Positions 50,640 through 64,000 of a stretch of DNA of 64,000 nucleotides are shown one piece after another. Position 1 is the stretch's first letter. The number at the start of each line of letters is the position of its first letter. Both the position numbers and the translations under genes were made by a program. Origin of the DNA: Nitrosopumilaceae archaeon (GTDB lineage: Archaea; Thermoproteota; Nitrososphaeria; Nitrososphaerales; Nitrosopumilaceae); assembly GCA_965207375.1 (NCBI GenBank), contig CBDBMG010000002.1, forward strand, positions 544,001 through 608,000. The letters are read 5' to 3'. The notes beneath the pieces were generated by a model. It had not been told where the DNA came from. It was given only the letters and a program-made list of their open reading frames with translations, and did no database searches.

Positions 50640-52620
50640 AAAGCTTCCCGGCGCCGGGGGGCTTTGCTGTTTTTTAACCCTATCTTTTTCAGAGTACCCC
50701 ACCAGCTTCTTAGTCGACTGGCCAACTCCGAGTGCCCAGTGATTTGTTTACTTCTCTAATTAATACCCACTCACCGTTAATCCACTGACACCGAACGCAC
50801 CGCACCTCTTCACATTTCGCAGTCACCTCCACAACAGCAAACCCACCTACTTGATAATAGAACACAGCAAGACACACTAGAGCAACGCACAAATTCAAAG
50901 ACACCAACACAACAAAGCACTTTAATTAGAAACACTATATGCATGTGTACTCTTATTATTTCGTTTTTTCCTAACACCTCGGACTGAAGAAGGCACTACG
51001 CCGAAACGTCTCCCCTCATGCACTACTTTTACGACGATCCAACTCGATCATAGATAAGCACTCCTTTACATTTATTATTTTATCACTTTTATTTGTATAC
51101 TTAACTTGTATTTATGTTTGCATTTGTATTATATTTTTAATTTAATCTATTACATTAGCATTTAATCTATTACATTAGCATTTAATCTGTTACATATAAG
51201 ATAAATAATTATACTCGCTACCTAACGTTTTTAAGTACTTTCATGCTTATCCTCTGTTTTCTCTTAAATAATGCCCACCACGCGACAACTAACTACAAAA
51301 ATCACCACTAGGGTGCCTAAATCTCCACATTTACTACACATTCCCCCCCACAAGCTTAAGAACACACCACAACGTACCCTCACCGCTTCTAACTTACCAT
51401 CAAGCCAAACCCCCACTGCACAAACAACTACACAGTATGCACCCGAAGACACTCCCAGCTTACACTTAAAACACCCAAATAGCTATAACAGCACACTGGC
51501 TTCCCCTCCACCTGAACCCGACCAACACACAACACCTGCTCACATTGACTTGACAACAACTCCTGCTCAAACTGAAAATACACCCCCTCCTGACACCACT
51601 CAAATACATACCACGACTACACCCACAAACCAAACAACGACATCTAACCGCATCGAAGCAACCGACACCAACACTAAACTCACAGAACAACCCCGACATC
51701 AGACAGCAACTTCAACGCCACACAATCCCCCAAGAAGAAACCCACTAATGCACCGTCCACTGCAAGTCACAACAACATCACTAGGGACCCAACAGACATC
51801 CGTGAACAACTCTTTAAGTTAAAAACACAGCATGCCAAAGTCACACACCACCTCACATTTCTAAACACATGCATACACGATAACCTTGTACCACAGAGCT
51901 TTTGCATTACACTAACACTGCAGGCAATGGAACCAGACCACTCAAACATCCAGGAAGATTGGGAATAGACACTCCTAGACACCAGTAAGCACCTAGTTAT
52001 GTTAACACAGACGCACTACACCTTACTCCTAACAACCATCACAGAAAAGATCGAGGAACTAGAAACACTATTGAACAGCTTACACATTAACATGCAACAT
52101 AAACAACTTACAGACGTACAAATGCACAAACTCACCACCCTCGAGAAAAGATTGGAAGCTACACGCACCAACAAGATACATCGACTCAAGAACCCTACAC
52201 CCCAACAGGTAAGCTTCTCTGATCCGCCCATACAGAAGATATCAAACTGTTGCAGCTGTGAATTGTGATTATTAAAATTTTATATCAACACTAACACTAC
52301 ACTGGCCTGTAAATTCATACGTAGTTTTTGTTGAGATAGTTGTGTGTCAGGTGAGTGTATTACAAAGCAAGTTATCACTAGACAATGAGCAAACAAGAAG
52401 AGCAAAAAGGCAATAAATTTAGCCACAATTCCCTCCCATTCCAGTACAAAGAAGAAGACGATCCTGGACTATTCTTCGTAGTGTGGCCAGCTACTACAGT
52501 GCATGCAGACCTACCAAGTCACACGGGGCATGTGACACTCGCATTTAAACTAAATCTCCAGCTCACACGCATACTCACCACAACCTCCAGCAAAAAGAAC
52601 TAAAACTCACAATCAAATAT
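50640..52620 (+). mobile_element. Penelope-like retroelement 5' part (pLTR/UTR plus degraded N-terminal ORF)
   Basis: C/A-rich strand bias, hammerhead motif, Thr/Pro-rich ORF from 51271 continuing in another frame as KVTHHLTFLNTCIHDNLVPQ. Confidence 0.65.
50978..51016 (+). ncRNA. Minimal type I hammerhead ribozyme (Penelope-associated)
   Basis: GGA-CTGAAGA-A-GGC-ACTAC-GCC-GAAA-CGTC-TCC: CUGANGA and GAAA core, stem II GGC/GCC, palindromic ACGU stem III, GUC cleavage triplet, stem I GGA/UCC. Confidence 0.78.
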
Positions 52621-52978
52621 TTTACATTACGTGAAGGGCTTGTAAGCACTTCCCAGGCCACATAATCTTCATAACCTTTTATTAAAGCCATACAATTATA
52701 TTCACTGTTGTAATAGCTTGTTACTAACTTACCATAATTCAATGTCTTTATGACCACAAGCACATCAGTGCACGTGCAAAAGCTACGTCAGCGCTCAATT
52801 GGTGATACTGATCATTACGTGAATTTACGCCCAAAACTACACATTCTCTAGCAATTTACGTTTAGGAAACCAATCATATGCACGTTAACTAGCAATTTAT
52901 GTATATAAAGCCATAGATTCTCCTATGGATGTGATAGTACAAATAGGTTAAATCCATTGCACTTTATTTACTATAAAT

Positions 52979-55145
52979 ATGGCTGAAAGTGACAGTTCAA
53001 GTGATATTGAAATAGTAGAACCTCCAACAAAATCACGGAAGCTTGAAGGGGCTACAAAGTACCCTACGAAGTTTAATCCTGAATGGAGTAAAAGGTGGCC
53101 TTGTATTTAGTGCACATCTGTTCCTTATAAGTTCAAATGTACCATCTGTGAGTGTCTAGTCAACTGTGAACATCAGGGAGAGAAAGATGTGAGACATCAC
53201 TTAGAGTCACAGAAGCACTGCAGCAATGCCAAGGCACTGGAAAACCAACAGTCAGTCACCACCTTCTTCAATATATATATATATATATATATATATATCA
53301 TTAAGTACGGTAGTACTTAATAGTAGGGATTGGTAGGAAATTGTACGGCTTCGGGAAAATTTTGCGCTTTAAAAATCAACCTTCCAATAGGCTTTACCCG
53401 AAAGTAAGCACTGTGTTAGCGCATCATAACATCCCCATTGCAGTAGCTGATCATTTGAGTCCAATGTTTAAAAATATATTTCCTGATAGCCAAATAGCCA
53501 AAATGTATTCTTGTGCTTGTACAAAAACAGCCTGTATACTAAATGGTGCTTTAGCAAAAGAATTACAGGGGTTGCTGATAGACAATATGAAACAAAGTCC
53601 ATTTTCATTGGCTACTGATGGATCAAACGATACAGGGTTACAGAAAATGAATCCACTGACTGTCAGGATCTTTGATACCAACAGAGGTTGTGTGACTTAG
53701 ACATGTGTCTAACTTCAGCATCTACAACAGAAGTAATTTTTTCAAAAATCAATGAAACCATTCAAAATTTTGATATTGATTGGAACAAGTGCGTTGCCTT
53801 TGGGGTGGACAACACAAGTGTAAACATGGGTGCACACAATTCTATTAGAACTAGAGTTACACAAAAAAACTCAGCTGTGCACTTCGTGGGGTGCCCATGT
53901 CATATGGTGCACAACACTGTGATCAAGGCCGCCGAAACCTTTCAATCCATCACTGGTTTTGATGTTGAGGATATGTTAGTAGACCTGTACTACTGGTTTG
54001 ACAAAAGTACAAAGAGAAAAAATGCATTAGCTGAATTCTGTAGTTTTTGTGATACAGAATACAAGCAAATAGTCAAGTATGTCTCTACCCGTTGGTTAAG
54101 CCTTGAGTGTGCTGTTGAACGCTCACTAAAGCAGTACACTGCACTTAAGTCATATTTTTTGTCATCTGAAGAATCACAGGCACGATTCCAGTGTTTAAAA
54201 CGTTTATTTGAAGATCCACTAACTGAAGTGTACCTTTTATTCTACCAGGCAATCATGCCACTTTTCAACTCCTTCAATAAATTACAGCAAGAAACACCTT
54301 GTATGAATTCATTTGATGATGGATAAAATTGAATCATTCTATTCAAACTTGATAAGGAAATTTGTTAAAGTCCAAGTAATCAGAAATGAAAAATCTAAAG
54401 GTAAACTATTTGGTATTAACCTTCAAGATGAGTGCTTAATACTCATCTTTTGCAACGAAACAAAGTCTCCAAAAGCTTCTAAATGAAGCAGACATTAGTG
54501 AGCACGATTATAATAAGTTTTACAAGGGAGAATGCACTTTCTTCACAACAGCAGCTGAATATGTTATTAAAACGTATCCATTGAAAGATGACCTACTGAA
54601 GCATGCAAAATTTGTAGACTTCGAAAAGCGAGAAGAAGCAACAATTTCCTCTGTTGAGTATTTTATCCACAGATTTCCTCACTTGGAACCCCTTCGTTAA
54701 CCAAAAGAAGTTAAAGTACTTCAACAACAGTTCCTTTCAACTACTTCAGGATACTGATATACCTGGTACTGTGTGGCAGGAGGCAAAAGTAAAAGTTGAT
54801 GATGAGATACGCTATTTACGAATAGATGTTCTGTGGAATCACATCTTCAATATGAAAGTTATTGGTTCCACTGAACTTAAAATTTCCAAACTACAACAAC
54901 TTGCTAAATCTGTATTGGTCATTCCTAATTCCAATGCTTCCGAGGAAAGAGTCTTCAGTATGGTGAGGAAAAATAAGACCCCCTTTCATCCCAGTCTAGG
55001 ATTGGATTGTCTTCTATCATTGGAATTAAATTAGGAATTGATGATCCTTGTGAAAAGTTTGAACCCAGCAAACAACTTTTGAAAGACTCCAAAAAAGCTA
55101 CCTGAGAATATAATAAAGCACATTCATCAAAAGAACAATCTTAAG
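52979..55145 (+). pseudogene. Degraded hAT transposase (ZNF862-like)
   Basis: FKCTICECLV..H, SLATDGSND, GVDNTSVN, GCPCHMVHN, STRWLS, IPNSNASEERVFS; several stops and frameshifts, and a (TA)n-associated insertion at about 53271-53400. Confidence 0.85.
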
Positions 55146-56039
55146 TAGAAGCTATAACATTTATTACCTACCTTTTTATTTGACATACATATTGTTGTAA
55201 ACTAATAATTACACCTGACTACCGCTACTGCTTTTTAGTGCTACTAAAGTAAACTAAACTACTCTACATTATACTACTGTCACTAATATAATACTACACT
55301 ATGACTAAATATATGCTCAACTGACAACAGTACACAGTAACACTACACTATATTACACTACAGCTATTCTAGTAAATGCTCATCGTAATTTTATTATTGC
55401 ACACCAGCATGTGATAAGGATGATTTGAAAATAAATTTGAACTTGAAAATTTGTGTTTTGAAGCTAGTTGTTGATGTTTAAAGATCGCAATGCAGTTTGT
55501 TAGTTTCAGTAATAACACAATGATGGTTATGTTCTCTCTTCTGTCCAAGCCACCATTGACGGTGTCGGGTGGCCATGGATGGCACCAGGGGGATCTAGTC
55601 ACGAGGCCGGAGGGGTTTGGAAAGATCAAAGTGGATGATTTAGATTACAGAGAGGTTGACTGGGCCAGTGACATCGAGGTGAAATTGATGTTACACTCAA
55701 TCATGGTGTTGCTGCTCACTTTGAGCTACCATATAGAGCATATACGTGCAATTAATATTTACACAACTTGACTTATTCCTTCAAGCATAATGGTACAACA
55801 CCAGGATACATATCATTTGCTGCAGATTTTTTAAATATTATGCTTGTCACATTTATGTATTATAATTTTGTGCCTATTATGCTAGATTTTATTCCAGTAA
55901 TACACAGTTTAATACAAAAAACTGCCTAAAATCTAACCTGTTACATGCCAGTAGTTGTTATAATCATTTTAGTGATGCCTTTGAAGAACACAGGGATTGG
56001 TTAGACCAGACCAGAAGGCTAAAGATACCTTTGATTTTG

Positions 56040-56435
56040 CTCATAGCCATAACAAGGTTTGGATTAACCCAACTAAAAAAGCAAGTTTGTTTGTTGGAGG
56101 CAAACACAGTGAGAAGACTATCCGGTACTGGCGTAAAGTTTTTACACTAATCATGGGGAGTTTTCAGAATCTTTGCAAGGGAAGTGCAACAGGCCATATA
56201 TTAGATGATAACAACAGTTGACAGAAAGCTGCTGAATGGGCAAGGAGTAATTCATCTATTAAGTGGAAGCCCAACATGACATTAAATGATTTTAAAAATT
56301 GGGTCAACACTGAACTTTTTCCAAATATTGCAATAGTCCATCCTAAACACAAAATAGAACAGCAAGAAAATGGTTGCGTGAACTTGGATTTCCTCCACAT
56401 TCTCACAAAAAAGTGTTTCATAGATGGTCATAAAC
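56040..56435 (+). pseudogene. Tc1/IS630-like transposase N-terminal remnant
   Basis: EKTIRYWRK, PNMTLNDFKNWVNTEL, WLRELGF, KKCFIDGH across broken frames. Confidence 0.55.
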
Positions 56436-59400
56436 TGTACAATCAAATAATAGAAGATTAATTTTATTTGAAAATAAACAAGGAACGCTCAGAATTAAAA
56501 CTTGGACATTTGGATTAATGAGGCTATGCTTGGTGTTCATTGATTATCATTAAAATTTGCTTACTTGCAAATAACTACAAGATGATTTTGCAACAATTAA
56601 TTTGTGGTTAGAAAGCCTTTTCTGCCTATACAACTTTCTCATCTTAGAGAAGTAACTACATTGTCACAGTATATGATTTCATTGTCCCTTATGTTTGTAT
56701 TTGATTTTGTCCTGTAGAGATTGGTTCGAAAAGGTATGCAATAATCGTATTAGCAACAAATGTGTTGTCATAGTAAATATATTGTATATTATCAACTCAA
56801 TGTTTCTTTGTGTATGTTAATAATATACTCTAAAAATACACTTTTATTTGCATTTTTAAATTTATTGCACATTCTAATGCACATCTTTATAATTATTTTG
56901 ATTATTGTTAAAATACCTTCGGGCCAAGTAAATTTCAAATTTCTTGCCGATATACAAGCCACAATCAATGTGTGGCTAAGGTATTTTGATAAAAGGCAAG
57001 AGTTAAATACCATATACATGGTAATTTAAGGAACTTATTTTTCACAGATAGAAAGTTGAAGAACATCAATCTGTTTACTTCAGCCACTCCTTTTTCAAGG
57101 ACTAAAAATTTTGTGCTCAGCAAGCTTCATATAAGAATTCGTAAAATTTACATCCCTTGAAAATTACTACATGTATGGTAAGCTATATCTCAATATATTA
57201 GTAAATCAAAGTGATCTCAGGGTGGTTATAGCATATGTGCTACAGTGAATAAAATAATCCACCCACTGCCATTATCTTATATTGACAGTGGCATAGCCAG
57301 ACTTGACAAGTTGGCAGGGAACATTTTAGTGTGTTTAGACTATAACAGCCAAGCTGAATACTGACATTTGATTGTAATCTATTTCTTGTAGATCCCTTAC
57401 TTTGCTCCATAGATCCCTGCCTCTGAGGCAATAAAAAAACAAGCAAATAGTGTGCTGGTTACCAGTGAGCATTAAATAAAGTAAATGGCGATATTACTAC
57501 AGATTACCACTATATTTTTTCATTGCTTGGTTGTTACAAGCAGCCGCAAAGGAACAATAACTCAAAAAATTAGACTTCAAACCAACAGGCTCTACGGAAT
57601 TTAGAAACCCTCAGGTCCTTGCCTTCAGATATTTCTATATTCCGTAGACCCCTGTGATTTGAAGTCTACTATCATTAAGTACGGTAGTACTCAATAGCAC
57701 CAATATATAACTTATAACTTAGATAAATATATTTTGATGTTTTTCAAATGTAATTTGCTATAATACAGCTGCTTTACCATGTTAACACTCTTGTTAACAA
57801 CCACCTGTAAAACATAATTAAGAGAACATTAAAGAACACTAAAGAGAACACTAAAGATTCTGGCATAAGATAAATTGATCCCTACTCTTGGCTCATAATT
57901 TCAGTAGATTAGTAGCTATACAAGCCAAAAGTAGGGGTTAAACTTTTATCAATTATCTCATGCCACATCTCTTGTGCCAATATCTTCCTTAGCAGTGCCC
58001 TAGCTACTCATCTGCAAATTTTAAATTTCATTCTAGTATATATTGCAATTCAAGTTTATGCATGTATACATATTCAATTTTCTCATGGCAGAGCACAGCG
58101 AACATTTGGACCCTGCCAGGCTTGTCCTTGGCTATGTCAATGGATATTGAACAAATTAATGCTAAAATAACTTTTAAGAATCAGCAAACTTCGTTAACTA
58201 TCCTTAATCAAATAAAATTGCAAATTAATATCTGAATACTAATACATATATTAACATTAATACTTTTTTCAATAGCTACATGTTTGAATTTCCATATTTC
58301 TGAATCGGCATGAGAAAACCAGGCCTATGCACACAAAATACACCTATTCATGTATCTTCTTTACTGTTTAAGGTTTGAAAAATCTGTAAGCTGCATGAGA
58401 TTCCCTAAGAAAAGCTGCATAAATGGTGTAAAATATAGTAGACTACTATGATTACTCATGAAGTTATTTAAGTTTGAAATCCAAAAAATGTAGTCAAACT
58501 TCATATGCACATAAGCCCTATTTTCTCATGCCGGGTCACATTTAATGATTTTCAGTAGGATCTCATTTAAATTGCTGAAAATAGCAACATTCAGTTTTTT
58601 GTAGATTACACAACTTGTATAGTCTGTTCATGTTCATCTTGATACTTGTTAACCTTAAATAATTTGTTGTGAATGCCATGGAACAAATTATTAAATCACT
58701 CCATACTTACTGTTGGTCTATTGTATTACCACACTGTTTAGATGCCTTCTCAAGTAACTTAACTTTCTTTGCTTTCTAAAAATATTTCACCATATTTATA
58801 AGGACATGATTTGTTTAAATTGTTGGTATGACGCTTTCCTTTGAAAGAAATCTTCTTGTATAAATAATGTGAAAGACAATTTCCCCTGTTGTAGCCACAT
58901 ATAGTTCTTACTGTTATTTTAGAATTTAATGGCACCATTTTATCATTTGTGCTAAAGGGTAACGACTATTATGTAATTACATGCTGTTATGTAGAAGCAG
59001 TTTCCTTGAAATAAAGGAGCTTTACATGTTGAGTTTAGGGGCAAAGGTAAACATGAACATACTATACTCAGCATTACCAAATATGTCACATTAAATATAA
59101 TCATCAATGACAACCACATTTGTTGCTGTTAAATAAAATTTCAATTATATATTTTCAATTAAGCCAGTTACATATGTAACTTTCTATATTAAACTTATGA
59201 AAGGGTTAGAGATGGTGTAGGTAGGCCAAGTTTATGTATTTACTGATGCTTTGTCAGATTAAAATCTCAGCTGAAACCCACAATTTAGTTATTAACTAAT
59301 CTATGTATGCTTCAGCACAATATAAATTTGATATTCGCATGCATGTCCTACTGCAGTCACTTGAGAAATTTATAAGAAAACTTGCAAATTTCTCATGAAT

Positions 59401-60389
59401 GGATTATCTATGGAACACTTCATCGCAAGTTCTGCACATCACTGGTCCTAGTGCCTACACTTAGAATACGTAGCACATGTTATAGTCTACGTTAACGAAT
59501 TCGAGTTATAGTCCACATTATAATCTACGTTGCCATAGACTATTTTACCAAACAATGCATGAAGTATAAGCATACAAAATGTTCAACTACAGCTAACCAT
59601 CCTGGAGTAGTTACACTTCACTCCAAGAACAGCACATAACTGGTCCCAAGCGCCTACACGTATTACAAGTACGAATACGTAGCACATGCTCTTAATTCGT
59701 TTCCTTTATTTTAGGATAGCAATAACATATGTCTATGATTTAGTCTGTTGCAGTCTTGGGAATATTAGTGTAGATGGTTCTAATGTTTTAATCTGTAAAT
59801 ATTCATGTTTGTTGTAAGCTGTTGTTTTCACAGTAGTCTATTTTTCTGTAGTAAATATTTTATTATCGGCAAGCAAAAATTCTAGAACCATTTGCATACA
59901 TCCATTTTCTAATTAATGCACACCACATTAAATTTTAAACCCTAGTTACAAGTTATAATTACTAGCTCAGCTGAAGAAATATTATTACTTTTAATAAAAA
60001 GCGTAAATATACAGTATGTAGATATGTAGTTATTTGTTGAAACTTCTAGTTTTCAAGATACTTATGCACTATAGGAATACCAGTATGATGTTCAAATTTC
60101 TTTGAAGGTAAAGTGTGAGGTGTTTACAGTTATCTTAAATGTGTTGTGCTTCTCTAGCCATCAGTACATTTAGATTTTTCACTTTATAGGTAGCTACGTA
60201 TTAAAGCTTGAGTGACATGCTGGCTTGCAAGACTAAGGCCAGGATGTAACAATGACATTTCAGAATGCACATGATTTTTAAAAACTCCCAACTCCGAAGG
60301 ATGCCAATAATTTTGAGCCATTGTATGACTTAAACAGTTTCTGAGAGAAGGTATGATCTCTCTCAAAACTTGAACATACAATTAGCCAT

Positions 60390-61865
60390 AACAACAGTAA
60401 TAACAATAAATGACTCCACTTAAAAAAGTACGGAAAATAAACCCTAGGCAATACCCTGTTTCCTCACCCGACCTAGAGGGAGTCCTCGAAGCAATGAAAT
60501 TAGAAATATCAGGTATTTCCATAACAGATAAAATACCCACAACCTCTCCTTTGATGAACGTAGAACTCACAAGGAACTTAAACACAACACTGACCTTGTA
60601 ATCAACAAGGCAAACAAAGGGTCTACTACTGTTGTTCAAAATAGAACAGAGTACATATAAAGAGCTCAATGTAGATCCAATCAATAGTATTTGTCATGGT
60701 ATTAACCAAATTCTTCACAAATTTCATTCAGAAGGACTATTAAATAAAAAAATGGTAGACTTCTGCTCTTCACCCAGGAAATCACGATTTCTTAAAAAAT
60801 ACATAAATCACCAATGGGCATACGTCCTATTGTTTCCTCCTACTGAAAATATTTCACAATTCATTGACTATTGGTTGCAAACTTTAATGAAGGTGATACC
60901 CTCTTACTTAAAAGACACGACTAAGCTTACAAACCAACTAAAAGAACTAACAGTTGAGCCTGATATGCCTTTTGATGTTAAATCACTATACACCTGTATC
61001 CCTCATAAAGAAGGTATCCAAGCCTGTGCTGAAGCTCTTGAAAACTTGAAAGCAAACAATCCAGACCAGCCCAAACGAATACCCTAGTAATTCTACTTGA
61101 AATTGTATTAAAGAACAACACCTTTGAATTTAACAACAAAAGCTTTATACAACTTCAACGTACAGCAATGGGCAATAAGCTAGCTCCAGTCTATGCTAAC
61201 ATTTTATGAACAAACTCGAACAAACCATCCTCACCCCACCCCTTTTAAACCATCCTACTATAAATGTTACATCGATGACATCCTCATCCTCTGGCTGCAC
61301 TCTAACAGAACACAATAATTTTATCACTGCCCTCAACAACTACCACACATTAATTAAATTTACTTATGAATGCAACCACACCAAAATTACATTCCTAGAT
61401 ATCAACATTTTTAAGGATCTAGATTTCGAATTAACAGGGAAGCTAGATGTTGGGACACACAAAACCCACTAACCGTCAAGGATATATACATGCTGACTCA
61501 CACCACCCCCCCAGGAACTAGTAAAGGTGTGGCTATCAGAGAAATAAAACGATACCTATGTACAAATTCTAGGGCTAAGTCTTTCTACTCTTTCAAATTC
61601 AAACACAAACGTAACCTTCTCAAAAGAGAATACTCTTCTGATTTCATCAATAGGTATACTAGCAATATTCAATTCAAGAATAGATCTTTATCCCTTAAAT
61701 GTTAGCTCAAAACAAACAAAAACAAGAGATTAGCTTTCATTACAAGATTCACACCTTCAGCAACCAAAGTCATGAAAATCATAAGAAAATTCTGGCCTTC
61801 ACTTCGAAATATCAAAAGCTTTAAACATGTTACAGTCCCATCTCCCATGCTTACATTTAACTCTT
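60390..61865 (+). mobile_element. Penelope-like reverse transcriptase, degraded
   Basis: INKANKGSTTVV, SYLKDTT, FDVKSLYTCIPHKEGI, AMGNKLAPVYANI, CYIDDILILW, IKFT, TFLDINI, HADSHHP; many frameshifts; no GIY-YIG domain visible before the sequence breaks off. Confidence 0.85.
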
Positions 61866-62569
61866 AAACGCACACAAAACCCCATAGAAATAAAAAGTTT
61901 TATACACGGAAATACTTCGATATTGTTCGTCGTGCACACAACTCTTTTCTGAGCTCTTTTCTTTTTCGTGTCGTGGCGACTTCAGTGTCTATCAAATATC
62001 ATTCGATACTATGATGAGTAGAACCGAGTCCATGGTAAGTACTTTTAGTGTGCTGTTTAAATTTACCCTGTGTAATTTCTGAATTATAGCCGCAGATGAC
62101 AGAGAATGATCCTGGGTTGATATTTATTATTGATGCATTCCAGTTGCACGAATGCCTCAAATTGCTGTACCCTCCCAGATCCAACCCAACCTCCATCAGC
62201 ATCCTTACCATATCACTAAACCCAGAGATAAGAATTGGTAAGGACATTATGTGATTGTCAAGTGTCGTTATACCATTTTAAGAACTGTACCTTGGGCGAG
62301 GTGCCCATTTCATCTTTCTTGTGTTAATTAAGGTTAAATATAAGGTCAAATCTTGTTAGAGCAAAACTCACACTATCTAGCCATGAAACTACCCGTTGGG
62401 TGCCCGGGAATGAAGATAAGCAATTAACTGTGGTGTGCATTCAGTGCACACAAGACCCATGAAACTTGAACAATTAATTGACACTATTGACACAGCTAGG
62501 TGGTCCTCTGCTGCGTACACTTCTCAGTGGACCTGCTGCTGTTTTGCGTTCTGGATGACTTAGCATCCA

Positions 62570-63235
62570 TGTGGCTGGGTTGTCTCATGATTTGATTAGT
62601 GTCCATCAATTTGGCTTCCACAAACATCACTCCACTACTCATCTCTTGCTTGAGGCTTTACATGATTGGGCCAAAGCTTTAGAATGCCGTGATAGCTGCC
62701 ATTGTTTATGCCTGGATTTTGCTAAAGTTTTGACAGAGTGCCTCACCATCGGCTGTTGCTGAAATTACAGACCCTGGGTATATCTGATGATTGTTTTCTT
62801 ACCATGCAATCTCAGAGAGTTGTTGTTAATGGTCAGTATTCTGAGTGGCTTCCTATTGCTTCTGATGTCCCTCAAGGCTCCATTCTTGGACCGTTGTTAT
62901 TTATTTTATATACTGATGATGTTAGATATATTGTTAAACATTCTTCTATCAAATTTATGCTGACGACATCTCTCTTTATTCCCAGGTGTCCTGTTCTGAC
63001 GATTGCTTTAAACTAAAAGATGATTTGTCATGTATTATATCAATGGTCCCTTAAGTGGCAGCTTAAATTGAACCCTAAAAAGTGTGAGGCTATCAACATC
63101 AGTAATAAGCATTCCCCTATTAACTTAGATTACTGTATTTGATTTTATCCAATTTTGTGGTCCCAGAAAGTTAAGTATCTTTGTGTTGTTATAAACTCCA
63201 AGCTTAAATGGAATGACCGCTGTCAATATGTAGTC
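62570..63235 (+). mobile_element. CR1/Jockey-like LINE reverse transcriptase fragment
   Basis: QFGFHKHHSTT, LDFAK, VPHHRLLLKL, VPQGSILGPLLF, YADD, LKLNPKKC, VKYL across frames. Confidence 0.85.
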
Positions 63236-63239
63236 ACCT

Positions 63240-63830
63240 TACTCCCATCTACCAATAACACCAGCAATCCTTAGCAAGCTATGAGAAGTATGGCTACACA
63301 CCGACCCATCCTTTAATGCAACCATGCTGTGGCACTAACATTCTTCACTTTTAGCCGCTCTGGAGAGACGACTTCTGGCTCAAACATACGATCCAAAGTC
63401 ACACCTGTTCTTAAATGATCTATCAGCAGATAAGGCTTTAAACATAAAGCATTTCAAAACAGATCAAGGAAGAATAGGATCACGGTTGCAATAGAGAGGA
63501 CAGGGAATGATATTTACCAAGTCTCAACTCTGCTGATGTACTTGGCAAGAAGAGGGACTGAATCAAGAGCATTAATTATCTGTGAAGATGACTATCCCTT
63601 GACAAAATCAAGATTTGTGAATAAGATGAGACCAAAGCTGGTCTTCCCGCTAAGGATTTTACAGGTCAAAGTTTTTGAATAGGTGCTGCACAGCCGCAAA
63701 AGCTGGACTTCAGGATTCAGCAATACAAACATTTGGAAGGTGGAGAAGCTTGTCATATCAGCTTTACATCAAAACAGCACCTCAACACCTACCTAGCTGC
63801 GGTATCTGCAAGATTGTCATCATGTCCTAT
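63240..63830 (+). mobile_element. DIRS/Ngaro-type tyrosine recombinase remnant
   Basis: SKTDQ, PLTKSRFV, GQSF*IGAA (degenerate HSFRIG), AIQTFGRWRS..YQLYI. Confidence 0.75.
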
Positions 63831-64000
63831 ATATGATGTATCAGATATGGGAAAAATGACTAACGTGTTAAATGACTAATTTGTTACAGTTTTAGATAAT
63901 TACAATATGTGATCTGCCCTTACTACACACAATGAGGGTTACGATTTAAACAAGTAAATTACAAAATAATAAACGCTGCATACAAACTTCATAATTCTAA

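Noticed and set aside
51271-51822. Host mucin-like gene
   Set aside because: No signal peptide or introns, and it continues by frameshift into Penelope-like sequence downstream of a hammerhead.
57401-57525. Possible signal-peptide first exon of the Ig receptor (minus strand, GTAAG donor near 57400)
   Set aside because: The hydrophobic frame SLVTSTLFACFFIASEAG has an upstream in-frame stop and no ATG; not supportable without transcripts.

Overview
AT-rich eukaryotic (animal) genomic DNA with many short GT-AG introns; gene families and repeat types suggest a demosponge or similar non-bilaterian (inference). The left half holds two convergent spliced host genes. One is a + strand Pmp-repeat/Cys-rich multi-pass membrane protein (about 1001-13258) with a complete hAT transposon in its last intron. 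The other is a - strand Ig/FN3 single-pass receptor (16361 to >30232) whose cytoplasmic tail carries six tandem YG(V/I)INQPQC tyrosine motifs. From about 30300 to the end is a nested transposon cluster: a CACTA/EnSpm-like element (dead transposase, apparently intact 8-exon C14orf93-like accessory gene, possible PD-(D/E)xK cargo exon) interrupted by an apparently intact 4.4-kb Mutator-like element and a truncated hAT; a piggyBac-like remnant with two minisatellites; an AcademH remnant (transposase plus RecQ helicase); BEL/Pao, Tc1/IS630-like, hAT, CR1-like and DIRS-type fragments; and a Penelope-like retroelement with a minimal hammerhead ribozyme. An intronic 28S rRNA fragment shows a twin-priming-like inversion. 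No CRISPR array or prokaryotic system was seen. Family assignments come from recognised motifs, not database searches, and exon boundaries were read by eye.
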